From Bacteroidota bacterium (lineage in GTDB: Bacteria; Bacteroidota; Bacteroidia; Flavobacteriales; Flavobacteriaceae): a stretch of 64,000 nucleotides of DNA. The first letter of the stretch is position 1; the number at the start of each line of letters is the position of its first letter. The DNA is taken from assembly GCA_039028295.1 (NCBI GenBank), contig JBCCIJ010000023.1, positions 1,322 to 65,321 on the forward strand, written 5' to 3'. Shown piece by piece: positions 37,708 through 46,519 of the stretch. A program made the position numbers and the translations under genes. Under the pieces are notes generated by a model. The model did not search any database and was not told where the DNA came from. It worked only from the letters and a program-made list of their open reading frames with translations.

Positions 37708-40488
37708 ATGAGCGTTTTCAGAAACACATTATTCCTGTACTTACTTTTCTCAGGGTTTTGCGTTTATGCGCAGCCCGATCTGAAGGCGAAGTATGATGCT
37801 ATCATTTCTTCGGAAGTTGATAATGCAAGCAAGCTAAAATTGGTAGAATCCCTAATCAACGAAAGCAACACTTACGATCCAGGCGATCTGGCGAATGTCT
37901 ACTACGATTTTTCTAAGTGGAACTTTAATCGAAACAAAGATGAAAAACGAGCAAAGCATTATGCCAAAAAAGAATTTCTGCTAAGAACTACAAAACTGTC
38001 AGAAGATAAAGATCCCATTCAACGTAATCTTTATAATTTGGGTCTAATGTACCGATATTCCAAACCACCGGATTATGATAATGCCATAGCCTATTTCGAT
38101 ACCCTTATTTCCATTTCAAAAGGAGATGAAATTAGACTTGGAAATGCTTATCGGGTTCGAGGCGATATTTATGACGCCCTGGGAGATTTTCAAAGAGCAT
38201 TGGAAAACTATTCCTACTCTGAGAATATTTTCAAAGGGAGAGATAGACCAGACCTTCAATTAAAAACTTTGATCAATGTTTCTGGAACCTATGCGTATTT
38301 GAGTGATCAGAATTATTTGGATTCCTTTATGGAAAATAAAGAGAAAATTGAAGCATTGCAAAACATGACGATGTCCAATAAGCAAGCCGCTATGTTGCAA
38401 TTGAACACCGGAGCTATGTTCAATACTACTTCCAATTTTCAAATGGCTTATGGACCAACTAAAAAAGCCTTGGCTCTTTTTGAAGAGATTGGTGATTCGG
38501 TTAATATATTTAAAAGTTTGAGTCTTATTGGGGTGTTGCAGAATAAGGATGAACACTTTTCCGAAGCGTCCAAAACCTTTGCAAGTGCCATGAAGTTTGC
38601 CGGCGGTAATAGGTTGCTCGAAAGCTCGGTCGCCAATAATCTGGGGGATATGTATCTAGGCGCTGGCGATTATCAACAGGCACTCTCCCATTATAATGCC
38701 GCCATTCTGGTGGTTCTTGGAGATGAAAGTATGAAGTCAGCACTCCATTTGCCGGTATTTGAGGATATTAGTCTTTCGCCTTTTAAGAAACGAATTTTTG
38801 CATATTTGAACGACTTGGCCAATTGTTGGCTCCTATATTTTGAACATACAGGCGATACAGGGCATTTGCTTCAGGCAGAAAAAACAATTTCTCTGGCAGA
38901 CCAGGTAGTCGATGCGTTGTTTTTTGAAAGTCGGGAGGAAATATCAAAACTATCTTGGCGAGAAAAGGCATCGCAATTATACATCAAAGGAGTTACGGTT
39001 GCCTTTCGTTTAGAGAAACCAGAGGCGGCACTTTATTTTATGGAAAAGAATAAAGGATTGTTATTATTGGAGAATATAAATAATGTCAAAGCGAGGCAGG
39101 ATGCGAAGATACCAATAGCCACAGTTGAAAGAGAACATAAATTGCTAAATTCGATTAAAACATTACAACTATCTCTAGCCAAAAACAATATAAATAACAG
39201 CACTTCTTTGCAAAGGGATAGTCTAAAGAATCAAATATTTTCATTAAAAAGAGACTACAGTGTGTTCATCGATTCGCTGGAAACCAGTTACCCGTCCTAC
39301 GTTAAATTCAAGAAGGAATTGGAAATTGAATCGGTAGAAAGCATCCGACAGAAACTTGCTGAAAACGAACGGGTGGTTGCCTATGCCCTTGGCGATTCTT
39401 TGGGATATGCCTTGCTCTTGACCAGGGACAAGCTGGAACTTAAACAGCTGCCTATTCCTGTTGCTGAATTAAATATTGAGGTGGAAGTTTTTAGAGACTA
39501 TTTGCTAAAACCCTTTACAACAAAAGGAGATGCTTTAGAATTTCAATTGGCCTCCACGCAGTTGTTCGAATGGCTATTCCCCTTTGATAACTTCGAGCTA
39601 ATGATGGAGGAAGCCCGCCTCATAATTATCCCGGATGGAATGCTTCAATCCATTCCATTCGATGCTTTAACTTATAGCAGTGATCTCAATTTGTCGAATG
39701 CATATGTTCTATCCAAATGTGAGGTTCTCTATAAATATTCACTTTCGATCGGATCGCGAATAAATTTGCTTTTACCTACTAAGGGGAATAGTCCGGTTGG
39801 ATTTTTATTGAATCAATTCAGCAATGACTATGAAATTCCATTGTCAGGTTCATTGAAGGAGGCGGATGCTATTAAGCCTTTCTATGGCAAACATATTTTT
39901 AGTGACACTTTAGCTTCAAAGCAATCGTTTTTGGAACAATTTGACGTTAACTCTCTCATTCATATTTCCACGCATGGTGGGATTAGTGATAGTGGTCCTT
40001 GGCTGGCATTTTATGACGAACACTTACTTCTTGATGAATTATATTTTCTGAAGAATCAAAAAGAATTAGTTGTATTAAGCGCTTGCAAAACGTCGGCGGG
40101 TGAGTATAAAAAAGGAGAAGGAACGTTCAGCATTGCCAGAGGCTTTATCAAAGCTGGAGTTAAAAGCGTATTGTCTACATTATGGGATGTCAACGAAAAA
40201 GCGAGCTTCGAAATTATTTCAGCCTTTTACGAAAATATGGAAACAGGCGATCGTAAATCGGAGGCACTTAGAGACTCGAAGCTGGGATATTTACAACGGC
40301 ATCAAAACACCAGTGAGGCCTCACCTTATTATTGGAGCGGGTTTACTATTACAGGAGACAATGAACCCATCGACGCTTTTTCCAATAGTCGATGGGGTGG
40401 CATTGTTACTACACTGTTAATTGGTTTGACGGTACTGGCCGGATTCATGTTCTTCAGAAGGAAAAGGACCAAAGCACAGATTACCTAA
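37708..40488 (+). CDS. TPR + CHAT (caspase HetF-associated) protease with signal peptide and C-terminal TM
   Basis: TPR array; LIIIPDGMLQSIPFDAL, IHISTHG (His), LVVLSACKTS (Cys), LSTLWDV, SPYYWSGF; C-terminal TM plus RRKR. Confidence 0.92.
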   Translation: MSVFRNTLFLYLLFSGFCVYAQPDLKAKYDAIISSEVDNASKLKLVESLINESNTYDPGDLANVYYDFSKWNFNRNKDEKRAKHYAKKEFLLRTTKLSEDKDPIQRNLYNLGLMYRYSKPPDYDNAIAYFDTLISISKGDEIRLGNAYRVRGDIYDALGDFQRALENYSYSENIFKGRDRPDLQLKTLINVSGTYAYLSDQNYLDSFMENKEKIEALQNMTMSNKQAAMLQLNTGAMFNTTSNFQMAYGPTKKALALFEEIGDSVNIFKSLSLIGVLQNKDEHFSEASKTFASAMKFAGGNRLLESSVANNLGDMYLGAGDYQQALSHYNAAILVVLGDESMKSALHLPVFEDISLSPFKKRIFAYLNDLANCWLLYFEHTGDTGHLLQAEKTISLADQVVDALFFESREEISKLSWREKASQLYIKGVTVAFRLEKPEAALYFMEKNKGLLLLENINNVKARQDAKIPIATVEREHKLLNSIKTLQLSLAKNNINNSTSLQRDSLKNQIFSLKRDYSVFIDSLETSYPSYVKFKKELEIESVESIRQKLAENERVVAYALGDSLGYALLLTRDKLELKQLPIPVAELNIEVEVFRDYLLKPFTTKGDALEFQLASTQLFEWLFPFDNFELMMEEARLIIIPDGMLQSIPFDALTYSSDLNLSNAYVLSKCEVLYKYSLSIGSRINLLLPTKGNSPVGFLLNQFSNDYEIPLSGSLKEADAIKPFYGKHIFSDTLASKQSFLEQFDVNSLIHISTHGGISDSGPWLAFYDEHLLLDELYFLKNQKELVVLSACKTSAGEYKKGEGTFSIARGFIKAGVKSVLSTLWDVNEKASFEIISAFYENMETGDRKSEALRDSKLGYLQRHQNTSEASPYYWSGFTITGDNEPIDAFSNSRWGGIVTTLLIGLTVLAGFMFFRRKRTKAQIT

Positions 40489-40848
40489 AACCAATAGGTT
40501 CCTTTTTAGCCGTTGTTTGGCCCTATAAAGTCCTGCAACTTTCCCGGCAACACCTGCCAGGAACACCAGGATCAAAATTACCGGTAGCACTGCCTTATTT
40601 ATTTCCGAAGTATCCCTTAGTATAAATAGGTAAGCCAGACCTAAAAAACCAGCACTTATCATGGCAAGAGCCCCACTCGAACACCCACAATCAAAAAGAT
40701 CTCTTTCTAGTCTGTGTTCCCATTTCTTGGCTTCCGTTTTGCCAAGAATTTTATGGAAATGCTCATCCAATTGAATATGTTCAAAATGCTCATTTTTAGC
40801 CCTACCAAGTTGCAACAGATCGTCGTATGTTTTGACTACGTACTCCAT
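40417..40848 (-). CDS. Small two-TM hypothetical protein with a CGC motif
   Basis: ORF 3 nt downstream of the CxxW gene; FDCGCSSGA followed by two hydrophobic helices. Confidence 0.6.
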   Translation of the reverse strand: MEYVVKTYDDLLQLGRAKNEHFEHIQLDEHFHKILGKTEAKKWEHRLERDLFDCGCSSGALAMISAGFLGLAYLFILRDTSEINKAVLPVILILVFLAGVAGKVAGLYRAKQRLKRNLLVLGNLCFGPFPSEEHESGQYRQTN

Positions 40849-40851
40849 GAT

Positions 40852-41853
40852 CTATCGCCACCAGCATAGCATTATCAACTTCAATATAAAGAACCAGATC
40901 GCACATACGATGGTTACGATCCATGCCCATAGGTAGCAAAAGAAAGTAACTATGGTAACCCAAAGAGTGCAAAGTCGCTCGACTATCCACGCCCAGGCGA
41001 TACAGGTGGTAAAGGTAATCCATGTCCAGGCGTCGCAAATCCAGGTAGTTACATAGGTCCATCCAATGCAAATCCATCTAAGCGTCCAATGCCATGAGGA
41101 ACAGGTTCTTCGTGTAGAGGAACTCCAACTAGCGCACCTACGTTGTCTGGTTATGCGGTTGGCCACACAAGTGAGAATCCTTTTAATAAACCAGTCTCTG
41201 CAAGCTTTTGATTCGCGTCTTTGCCATCCGAGACAAGTTAGTTTCCAATTGGCGATCCATCTCAGACAATCCCTTTCCCAAAGGAAAACCCATCTACAAT
41301 ATAAATGACGCCAGTATTCGAACCAGGGTTGAAATAACCATAAAACAAAGTATAAGAAACTAATAATAGAAAAAAGAATCCAGAAAAATAGGGTCCATCC
41401 GGAGGTGCCTATCGCTCCCAAGATCTCACCTATCAAAAGCGCGATGCTTCCCAGCACAAAAATTACAAAGGTAATTACCGTAGGTGGGGGAGGTGCCACG
41501 GGCTTCTTTTCCCACCAGGCCATGCTCATAAGAACGAGTCCGTATGCTAGGAAAAAGACCGCTTCGCCACCTAATAACCATTGAGCTGCAGGAGACAAAA
41601 AGTTGGAAATCGTTTGTTGCAATCCTACTTCTTGATAGGTTTGTACAATGGCTTGTAAATGTTCTTGAAGCCCCGAATAAACAATATACCCTACTACTAA
41701 CGCCCATAAGGTTAGAGCAATTCGCTTGTAGTATTTTTTATAATTTGAACTTTCTATCCACGAATTATCTGTAAATGGAATTTCATTTGGATCTGTTTGT
41801 GACGTTTCGTCTTGCTGTGAATTAGGTTCTAATTCGTTGTCATTTTCAGCCAT
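40852..41853 (-). CDS. Membrane protein with a C-terminal array of 11-residue CxxW repeats
   Basis: About 4 N-terminal TM helices; 14 Cys in the last ~150 aa, 11 consecutive spacings of exactly 11 aa. Confidence 0.8.
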   Translation of the reverse strand: MAENDNELEPNSQQDETSQTDPNEIPFTDNSWIESSNYKKYYKRIALTLWALVVGYIVYSGLQEHLQAIVQTYQEVGLQQTISNFLSPAAQWLLGGEAVFFLAYGLVLMSMAWWEKKPVAPPPPTVITFVIFVLGSIALLIGEILGAIGTSGWTLFFWILFSIISFLYFVLWLFQPWFEYWRHLYCRWVFLWERDCLRWIANWKLTCLGWQRRESKACRDWFIKRILTCVANRITRQRRCASWSSSTRRTCSSWHWTLRWICIGWTYVTTWICDAWTWITFTTCIAWAWIVERLCTLWVTIVTFFCYLWAWIVTIVCAIWFFILKLIMLCWWR

Positions 41854-42057
41854 AATCTTGAAATTTATTGGTTGTTCAGATAAAAATAATCAACTATAGT
41901 CGTTCGTTTTAGGGGTAATTACCTGTTTTTTAGCTATTTAAAAACCCCTTTTTTAAAACGGTTTAACCGTAATTCATCATCAGACTTTCGGATTTTGTGC
42001 AACTATATACAAGCGGTGACGGGGAGGAATAATGCGTCAGATGTTAGATATTTTTTA

Positions 42058-43170
42058 TTAAAAGAAGGGGGGTATTCCCAGACAGGACGCCAGAGCGTTT
42101 GCCGCATCCTTAAAGGCATCCAATCTTCTAATTATTATGATAACACCATGACTAGCCGGACTTCCTAAGGCTTCCAGGACGGCATCTTTAGCAGCTCTGA
42201 ACGCTATTAGTTCTGTAGAGCATCTCATTCCGTTACGAGGATGATTTTCAATGTGATTTTCGATCGCTTCGCTCACAGTTTCTACCGCGTCAACGAGATC
42301 GGCGATAGCGGCCATTAATATTCTATAGGCAATGAATGCCGCTACCGCAATTAGAGCGATGATGGCTAAAATTAATAGAATGGGCCCCAAGGGAATAACT
42401 ATGGGTGCCAATGCCGGAAGTGCTGCGGCTTGAGGGATCCTTTGAATAGAGTTCTCTGTAGCACTGGTTCTGATCTCCCGGGTATCGGCAACCTCTTGGT
42501 TTACCTCTGGACTTTGTTGAATGGTATGGGTAAGCTCATGTGCGATGAGTTTTTTTCCACTCTGGGACGAAGTATTGTATTCGTTCTTATTAAAGTAAAT
42601 ATCAGATCCATTGGCAAACGCCCTTGCTCCCAATTGTTCATTCATTTGCACTGCCGTGGCATCATTATGAACGCGTACATTCTCAAAACTTGCACCAAAA
42701 CCTGATTCCATTTCAGCTTTAGTGTTTTTTTCTAACGGCTGTCCCTTCCCCTTTGTACTTTTTAGTTGACTTTCGAGCTCTAGATTATTTTTATCTTCAT
42801 TTTCTTTAGGGATGGCACCGTTACTTTGAATGGCGGGTTTCCGCATAATAGCTGTCCCATCTTGTTGGATTTCTTTTTTGCTTATCTGCTCTTCCTGTTG
42901 GCATTGAGGACATTCGGTTTTTTCTGAAGTAGCCTCTTCTTTCTCCTTGGCTTTTTCGACCATGCTGTTGGCCAGTGCTTTGGCCTTACTGTCATGTTTG
43001 CTTTTGGGTTGATCTTCTTTTAATTTAGGTTGAATTGTAGTTGAAGGAAAGAATGAGGCGCTCTCATTTTTTGATAACAACCATTGGTTTTCTTCTGCTT
43101 TTTTTTGGAAGAAAAGATGGGCTGGTGATGTACCTGGAGTACTGTAGCTGCTTTTTGCGAATGCTCTCAT
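42058..43170 (-). CDS. DUF4157 (eCIS core domain) protein with a hydrophobic segment and small C-terminal domain
   Basis: GQPL..MESGFGASFENVRVHND..ARAFANGSDIYF..LIAHELTHTIQQ; IQPKL, IMRK and IQR motifs. Confidence 0.88.
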   Translation of the reverse strand: MRAFAKSSYSTPGTSPAHLFFQKKAEENQWLLSKNESASFFPSTTIQPKLKEDQPKSKHDSKAKALANSMVEKAKEKEEATSEKTECPQCQQEEQISKKEIQQDGTAIMRKPAIQSNGAIPKENEDKNNLELESQLKSTKGKGQPLEKNTKAEMESGFGASFENVRVHNDATAVQMNEQLGARAFANGSDIYFNKNEYNTSSQSGKKLIAHELTHTIQQSPEVNQEVADTREIRTSATENSIQRIPQAAALPALAPIVIPLGPILLILAIIALIAVAAFIAYRILMAAIADLVDAVETVSEAIENHIENHPRNGMRCSTELIAFRAAKDAVLEALGSPASHGVIIIIRRLDAFKDAANALASCLGIPPFF

Positions 43171-43414
43171 AATACTTCATACTTCCTTCTACTATTAAAG
43201 TAAAAGAGTGTTTTAAAACTATTAAAATAAGATGCGTTTATACCTGGGGAAACACTGCTTTTATTCTAATGAAACCCCTTTTTTTTCATAGGTAAAATCC
43301 TCTAAACCTTATCGTTGTTTGAAGATGGTACTATAATTAGGGTTTTTGGGGAGTCTATTTTGTTGTAACTTTAAGAGCTTAAGCCTTAGGGGCACTCAAA
43401 TTGTGACCGGCAAA

Positions 43415-44269
43415 ATGCTCGATGATACCATGAATTACCAATACTCCAATTCTTTAGAGAAAAGTGACTTACTGTTGACCACTCTTGAAATCGCAAAGGA
43501 GCAGGGACTTCTTAGCGGCAAAGACTTTTTCAAGATCATCTGGGCAAAAGATGGCGATATTTCCTTCGGAATTGACCATTATCGTATCCACATCGAAAAG
43601 AATAGTGTCTTTTTTTGTACACCGCTCAACGAAATTATGCTCAATGAAAATATTGAAGGGGCTGTAGTTTACCTTTTTAATCGGGAGTTTTATTGCATTC
43701 GGGATCATGACAGTGAGGTGTCCTGCAACGGATTTTTATTTTTAGGATCCTCACTCCCTATCATCATCGATCTGAATGAGAAAGAACAAAAAAGTTTTGC
43801 ACTACTTCATAGCTTCTTTGTAGAGGAATTTAAAAATACCGATAACATTCAAGGCGAAATGCTGTTGGTGCTTTTAAAACGTTTGATCATCACTTCGGTT
43901 CGAATTGCGAGAAAAACATTGCCCGAGGCAGACATGCCTCAATCCAAGTTGGATATGATCAGAAAATTTAATTTACTGGTTGAGGCTCATTTTAGAGAGA
44001 AACATAAGGTAAGCGATTATGCCGAAATGCTGCATATTTCGGCCAAGTCATTATCCAACTTATTTTTGAAATATTACTCGAAATCTCCCCTAAAGGTGAT
44101 TGGAGAACGTATTTGTTTGGAGGGCCAGCGGCTACTGCGATTTTCCGACCAAAATATGAATGAGATTTCCGATACCTTAGGGTTTCTAGAACCCTCTCAT
44201 TTCTCTAAATTTTTTAAAAAACACACAGGACTTTCTCCAATAGCCTATCGTCGAAAAAATAAGATGTGA
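43415..44269 (+). CDS. AraC family regulator (start uncertain, 43346-43430)
   Basis: HKVSDYAEMLHISAKSL..EISDTLGFLEPSHFSKFFKKHTG. Confidence 0.9.
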   Translation: MLDDTMNYQYSNSLEKSDLLLTTLEIAKEQGLLSGKDFFKIIWAKDGDISFGIDHYRIHIEKNSVFFCTPLNEIMLNENIEGAVVYLFNREFYCIRDHDSEVSCNGFLFLGSSLPIIIDLNEKEQKSFALLHSFFVEEFKNTDNIQGEMLLVLLKRLIITSVRIARKTLPEADMPQSKLDMIRKFNLLVEAHFREKHKVSDYAEMLHISAKSLSNLFLKYYSKSPLKVIGERICLEGQRLLRFSDQNMNEISDTLGFLEPSHFSKFFKKHTGLSPIAYRRKNKM

Positions 44270-44425
44270 GGAAAAATGTACAATTTTGCCTTATTGGTAT
44301 ATGGGCGTTATGATACAAATTTATTATGCTAATTGAATATTGGGCCATGGATGGTTTATTCAGAATAAAGAAAAATATGCAAACTACAAGGAAGAATGTT
44401 CAACTAACAATGTGACTATCCTTCC

Positions 44426-44433
44426 TATTTTTG
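44426..44433 (+). promoter_or_regulatory. -7 box (TATTTTTG) for the msrB operon
   Basis: Matches TAnnTTTG 36 nt upstream of the ATG at 44469. Confidence 0.5.
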
Positions 44434-44468
44434 CGTCATTGAAAACAATTAAAAGAAAGGAAAACAAA

Positions 44469-44915
44469 ATGCTAACATGGAAAGACGTTATCAATTTCTC
44501 AGTACAGGGCAACCCACGGCCTGATCGCCGAGTGGAAAAGACGGAGGCCCAATGGCAAGCCATTCTCACTCCTGAACAATTCAGAATTACTAGAAGAAAG
44601 GGTACGGAGAGACCTCATTCCGGGGCTTTATGCAGTATTTATGAAGCAGGCAAATACCACTGTATTTGTTGTAATACCCCCTTGTTCGATTCGACTATTA
44701 AGTTCAATTCCGGTACGGGATGGCCTAGTTTTACCCAGCCCATTAAAGAGAACGCGATCAAATATGAAAAGGACACCCAATTTGGGATGGTTCGAGTAGA
44801 GGTTATGTGCAATACTTGCGACGGACATTTGGGACATGTCTTTCCAGATGGTCCGGAGCCTAGCGGATTGCGCTATTGTATAAATTCAGAATCTATGAAA
44901 ATAGAAACCCAATAG
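44469..44915 (+). CDS. msrB: Peptide-methionine (R)-S-oxide reductase (start moved to 44469)
   Basis: RKGTERP, YHCICC, KFNSGTGWPSF, RVEVMCNTCDGHLGHVFPDGP, RYCINSES. Confidence 0.97.
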   Translation: MLTWKDVINFSVQGNPRPDRRVEKTEAQWQAILTPEQFRITRRKGTERPHSGALCSIYEAGKYHCICCNTPLFDSTIKFNSGTGWPSFTQPIKENAIKYEKDTQFGMVRVEVMCNTCDGHLGHVFPDGPEPSGLRYCINSESMKIETQ

Positions 44916-44935
44916 TTTAAAAGAAAGGAAAAGTA

Positions 44936-45490
44936 ATGGAAGTAAGAAAAGAAATAATGACTGTGGGCGGAGGATGTTTTTGGTGTATAGAGGCGGTCTT
45001 TAATGAAGTGAAAGGTGTAGAGAAAGTGATTTCGGGCTATACAGGAGGCGATGTTCCCGGCCGACCCACTTACCGAGAAGTATGCTCCGGCCTTACAGGC
45101 TGTGCGGAAGTGGTACAGGTATCCTTTGATCCTGAAAAAATAAGCTACGAAGATCTGTTGGTTATATTTATGACCAGTCACGACCCTACAACACTTAACA
45201 GACAAGGCGCTGATGCAGGTACTCAATATCGCTCGGTGATCTATTATCACAATGAAGATCAAAGAGCAATAGTTAATGAAGTGGTAAAACAAATGGCACC
45301 CTATTTCAATGACCCGATTGTCACCGAAATAAGCCCGGCAGAAGAATTTTATGAAGCGGAAGAGCACCACCAGGAGTATTATAAGAACAATCGATTGCAA
45401 GGATATTGTCGGGTAGTTATTGACCCTAAATTAACAAAGCTACGGGCTATGCATGCCGATAAATTGAAAGGGAACGAACATAATGGATAG
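44936..45490 (+). CDS. msrA: Peptide-methionine (S)-S-oxide reductase
   Basis: GGGCFWCIE, SGYTGG, HDPTTLNRQGADAGTQYRS, AEEHHQEYY. Confidence 0.97.
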   Translation: MEVRKEIMTVGGGCFWCIEAVFNEVKGVEKVISGYTGGDVPGRPTYREVCSGLTGCAEVVQVSFDPEKISYEDLLVIFMTSHDPTTLNRQGADAGTQYRSVIYYHNEDQRAIVNEVVKQMAPYFNDPIVTEISPAEEFYEAEEHHQEYYKNNRLQGYCRVVIDPKLTKLRAMHADKLKGNEHNG

Positions 45491-45977
45491 AAGGGATAAC
45501 ATGGAAAATGAAATTATAAGAGCCAAGGAGTTTGAAGTAAAAGACTGGATTGACGCCAACGGAAATGTAACTGAACCGATACGATTATCCGATTATAAGG
45601 GAAAGTTCAAAGTGATCTATTGCTTTCAAAGTTGGTGCCCGGGCTGTCATAGTAAGGGCTTACCCGATCTTAAAAAAATGGTGGGCGCCTTAGAAGGAAA
45701 TGAAAAGGTTGCTTTTTTAGCTATTCAGACCGTCTTTGAAGGCCATGAAGAAAACACCTATGAGAAGATGTTAGAAACCCAAAAACATTACGATTTAAAA
45801 ATTCCGTTTGGGCATGACGCCGGCAATGATGGGAAATCACGTTCCAATATCATGACCAATTATCAAACAGGAGGGACGCCCTGGTTTATATTAATAGATA
45901 AACACGATGCCGTAGTATTTGCCGATTTCCATCTAAACGTAGACGGTGCCATTCAATTTTTAAAGGAGTTAAAATAA
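45483..45977 (+). CDS. Thioredoxin-fold redoxin (TlpA/AhpC-TSA-like); start may be 45501
   Basis: FQSWCPGCH (CxxC), GGTPWFILID (cis-Pro). Confidence 0.85.
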   Translation: MDRRDNMENEIIRAKEFEVKDWIDANGNVTEPIRLSDYKGKFKVIYCFQSWCPGCHSKGLPDLKKMVGALEGNEKVAFLAIQTVFEGHEENTYEKMLETQKHYDLKIPFGHDAGNDGKSRSNIMTNYQTGGTPWFILIDKHDAVVFADFHLNVDGAIQFLKELK

Positions 45978-46510
45978 TGCTGGAGGGAATCCCAAAAATA
46001 AAGTTGTATGGCGCAGATGGCTGTCATAAAACAAGATACTACCAATTGCTTTTGGCGAAGCGAAACCTTCCCTTCGAGTTTTTGGATGTTGAAATAAATG
46101 AAGATCACGCGGTCGAACTGCGTGGTCTTTATGAAAATGGAAAACTAAACTTTCCTACCATTACCATTGGAGCAAAAAAACTTCGAAACCCTACTCAGGA
46201 GGAACTGGATAAATGGATCAATAAATTAATTCCTCAACAATTGGAACTTGTGCATGATGAAGCTCAACAACAATTTGTGATGGATATTAATGGAGAGCAC
46301 GCAAGGGTGGAATACCAGGTAAAAAATGATGTGCTATATTTGATTCATTCTGAAGTACCTTACGCTTTGAGAGGAAGGGGTATTGGGAAGGTTTTGGTTG
46401 AAAAGACCTTTAAAAAATTAACCGAGGATGGTTATAAAGCCGTGGCAGTTTGCAGTTATATAAAAGCAGTAGCAAGACGAAGCGAACATTGGAAACAAAT
46501 TATCGACTAG
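45977..46510 (+). CDS. Glutaredoxin-like domain fused to a YjdJ-type GNAT acetyltransferase
   Basis: KLYGADGCHKT..NFPTI (Grx fold); LIHSEVPYALRGRGIGKVL..AVCSYI (GNAT). Confidence 0.8.
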   Translation: MLEGIPKIKLYGADGCHKTRYYQLLLAKRNLPFEFLDVEINEDHAVELRGLYENGKLNFPTITIGAKKLRNPTQEELDKWINKLIPQQLELVHDEAQQQFVMDINGEHARVEYQVKNDVLYLIHSEVPYALRGRGIGKVLVEKTFKKLTEDGYKAVAVCSYIKAVARRSEHWKQIID

Positions 46511-46519
46511 ACGGTCATT

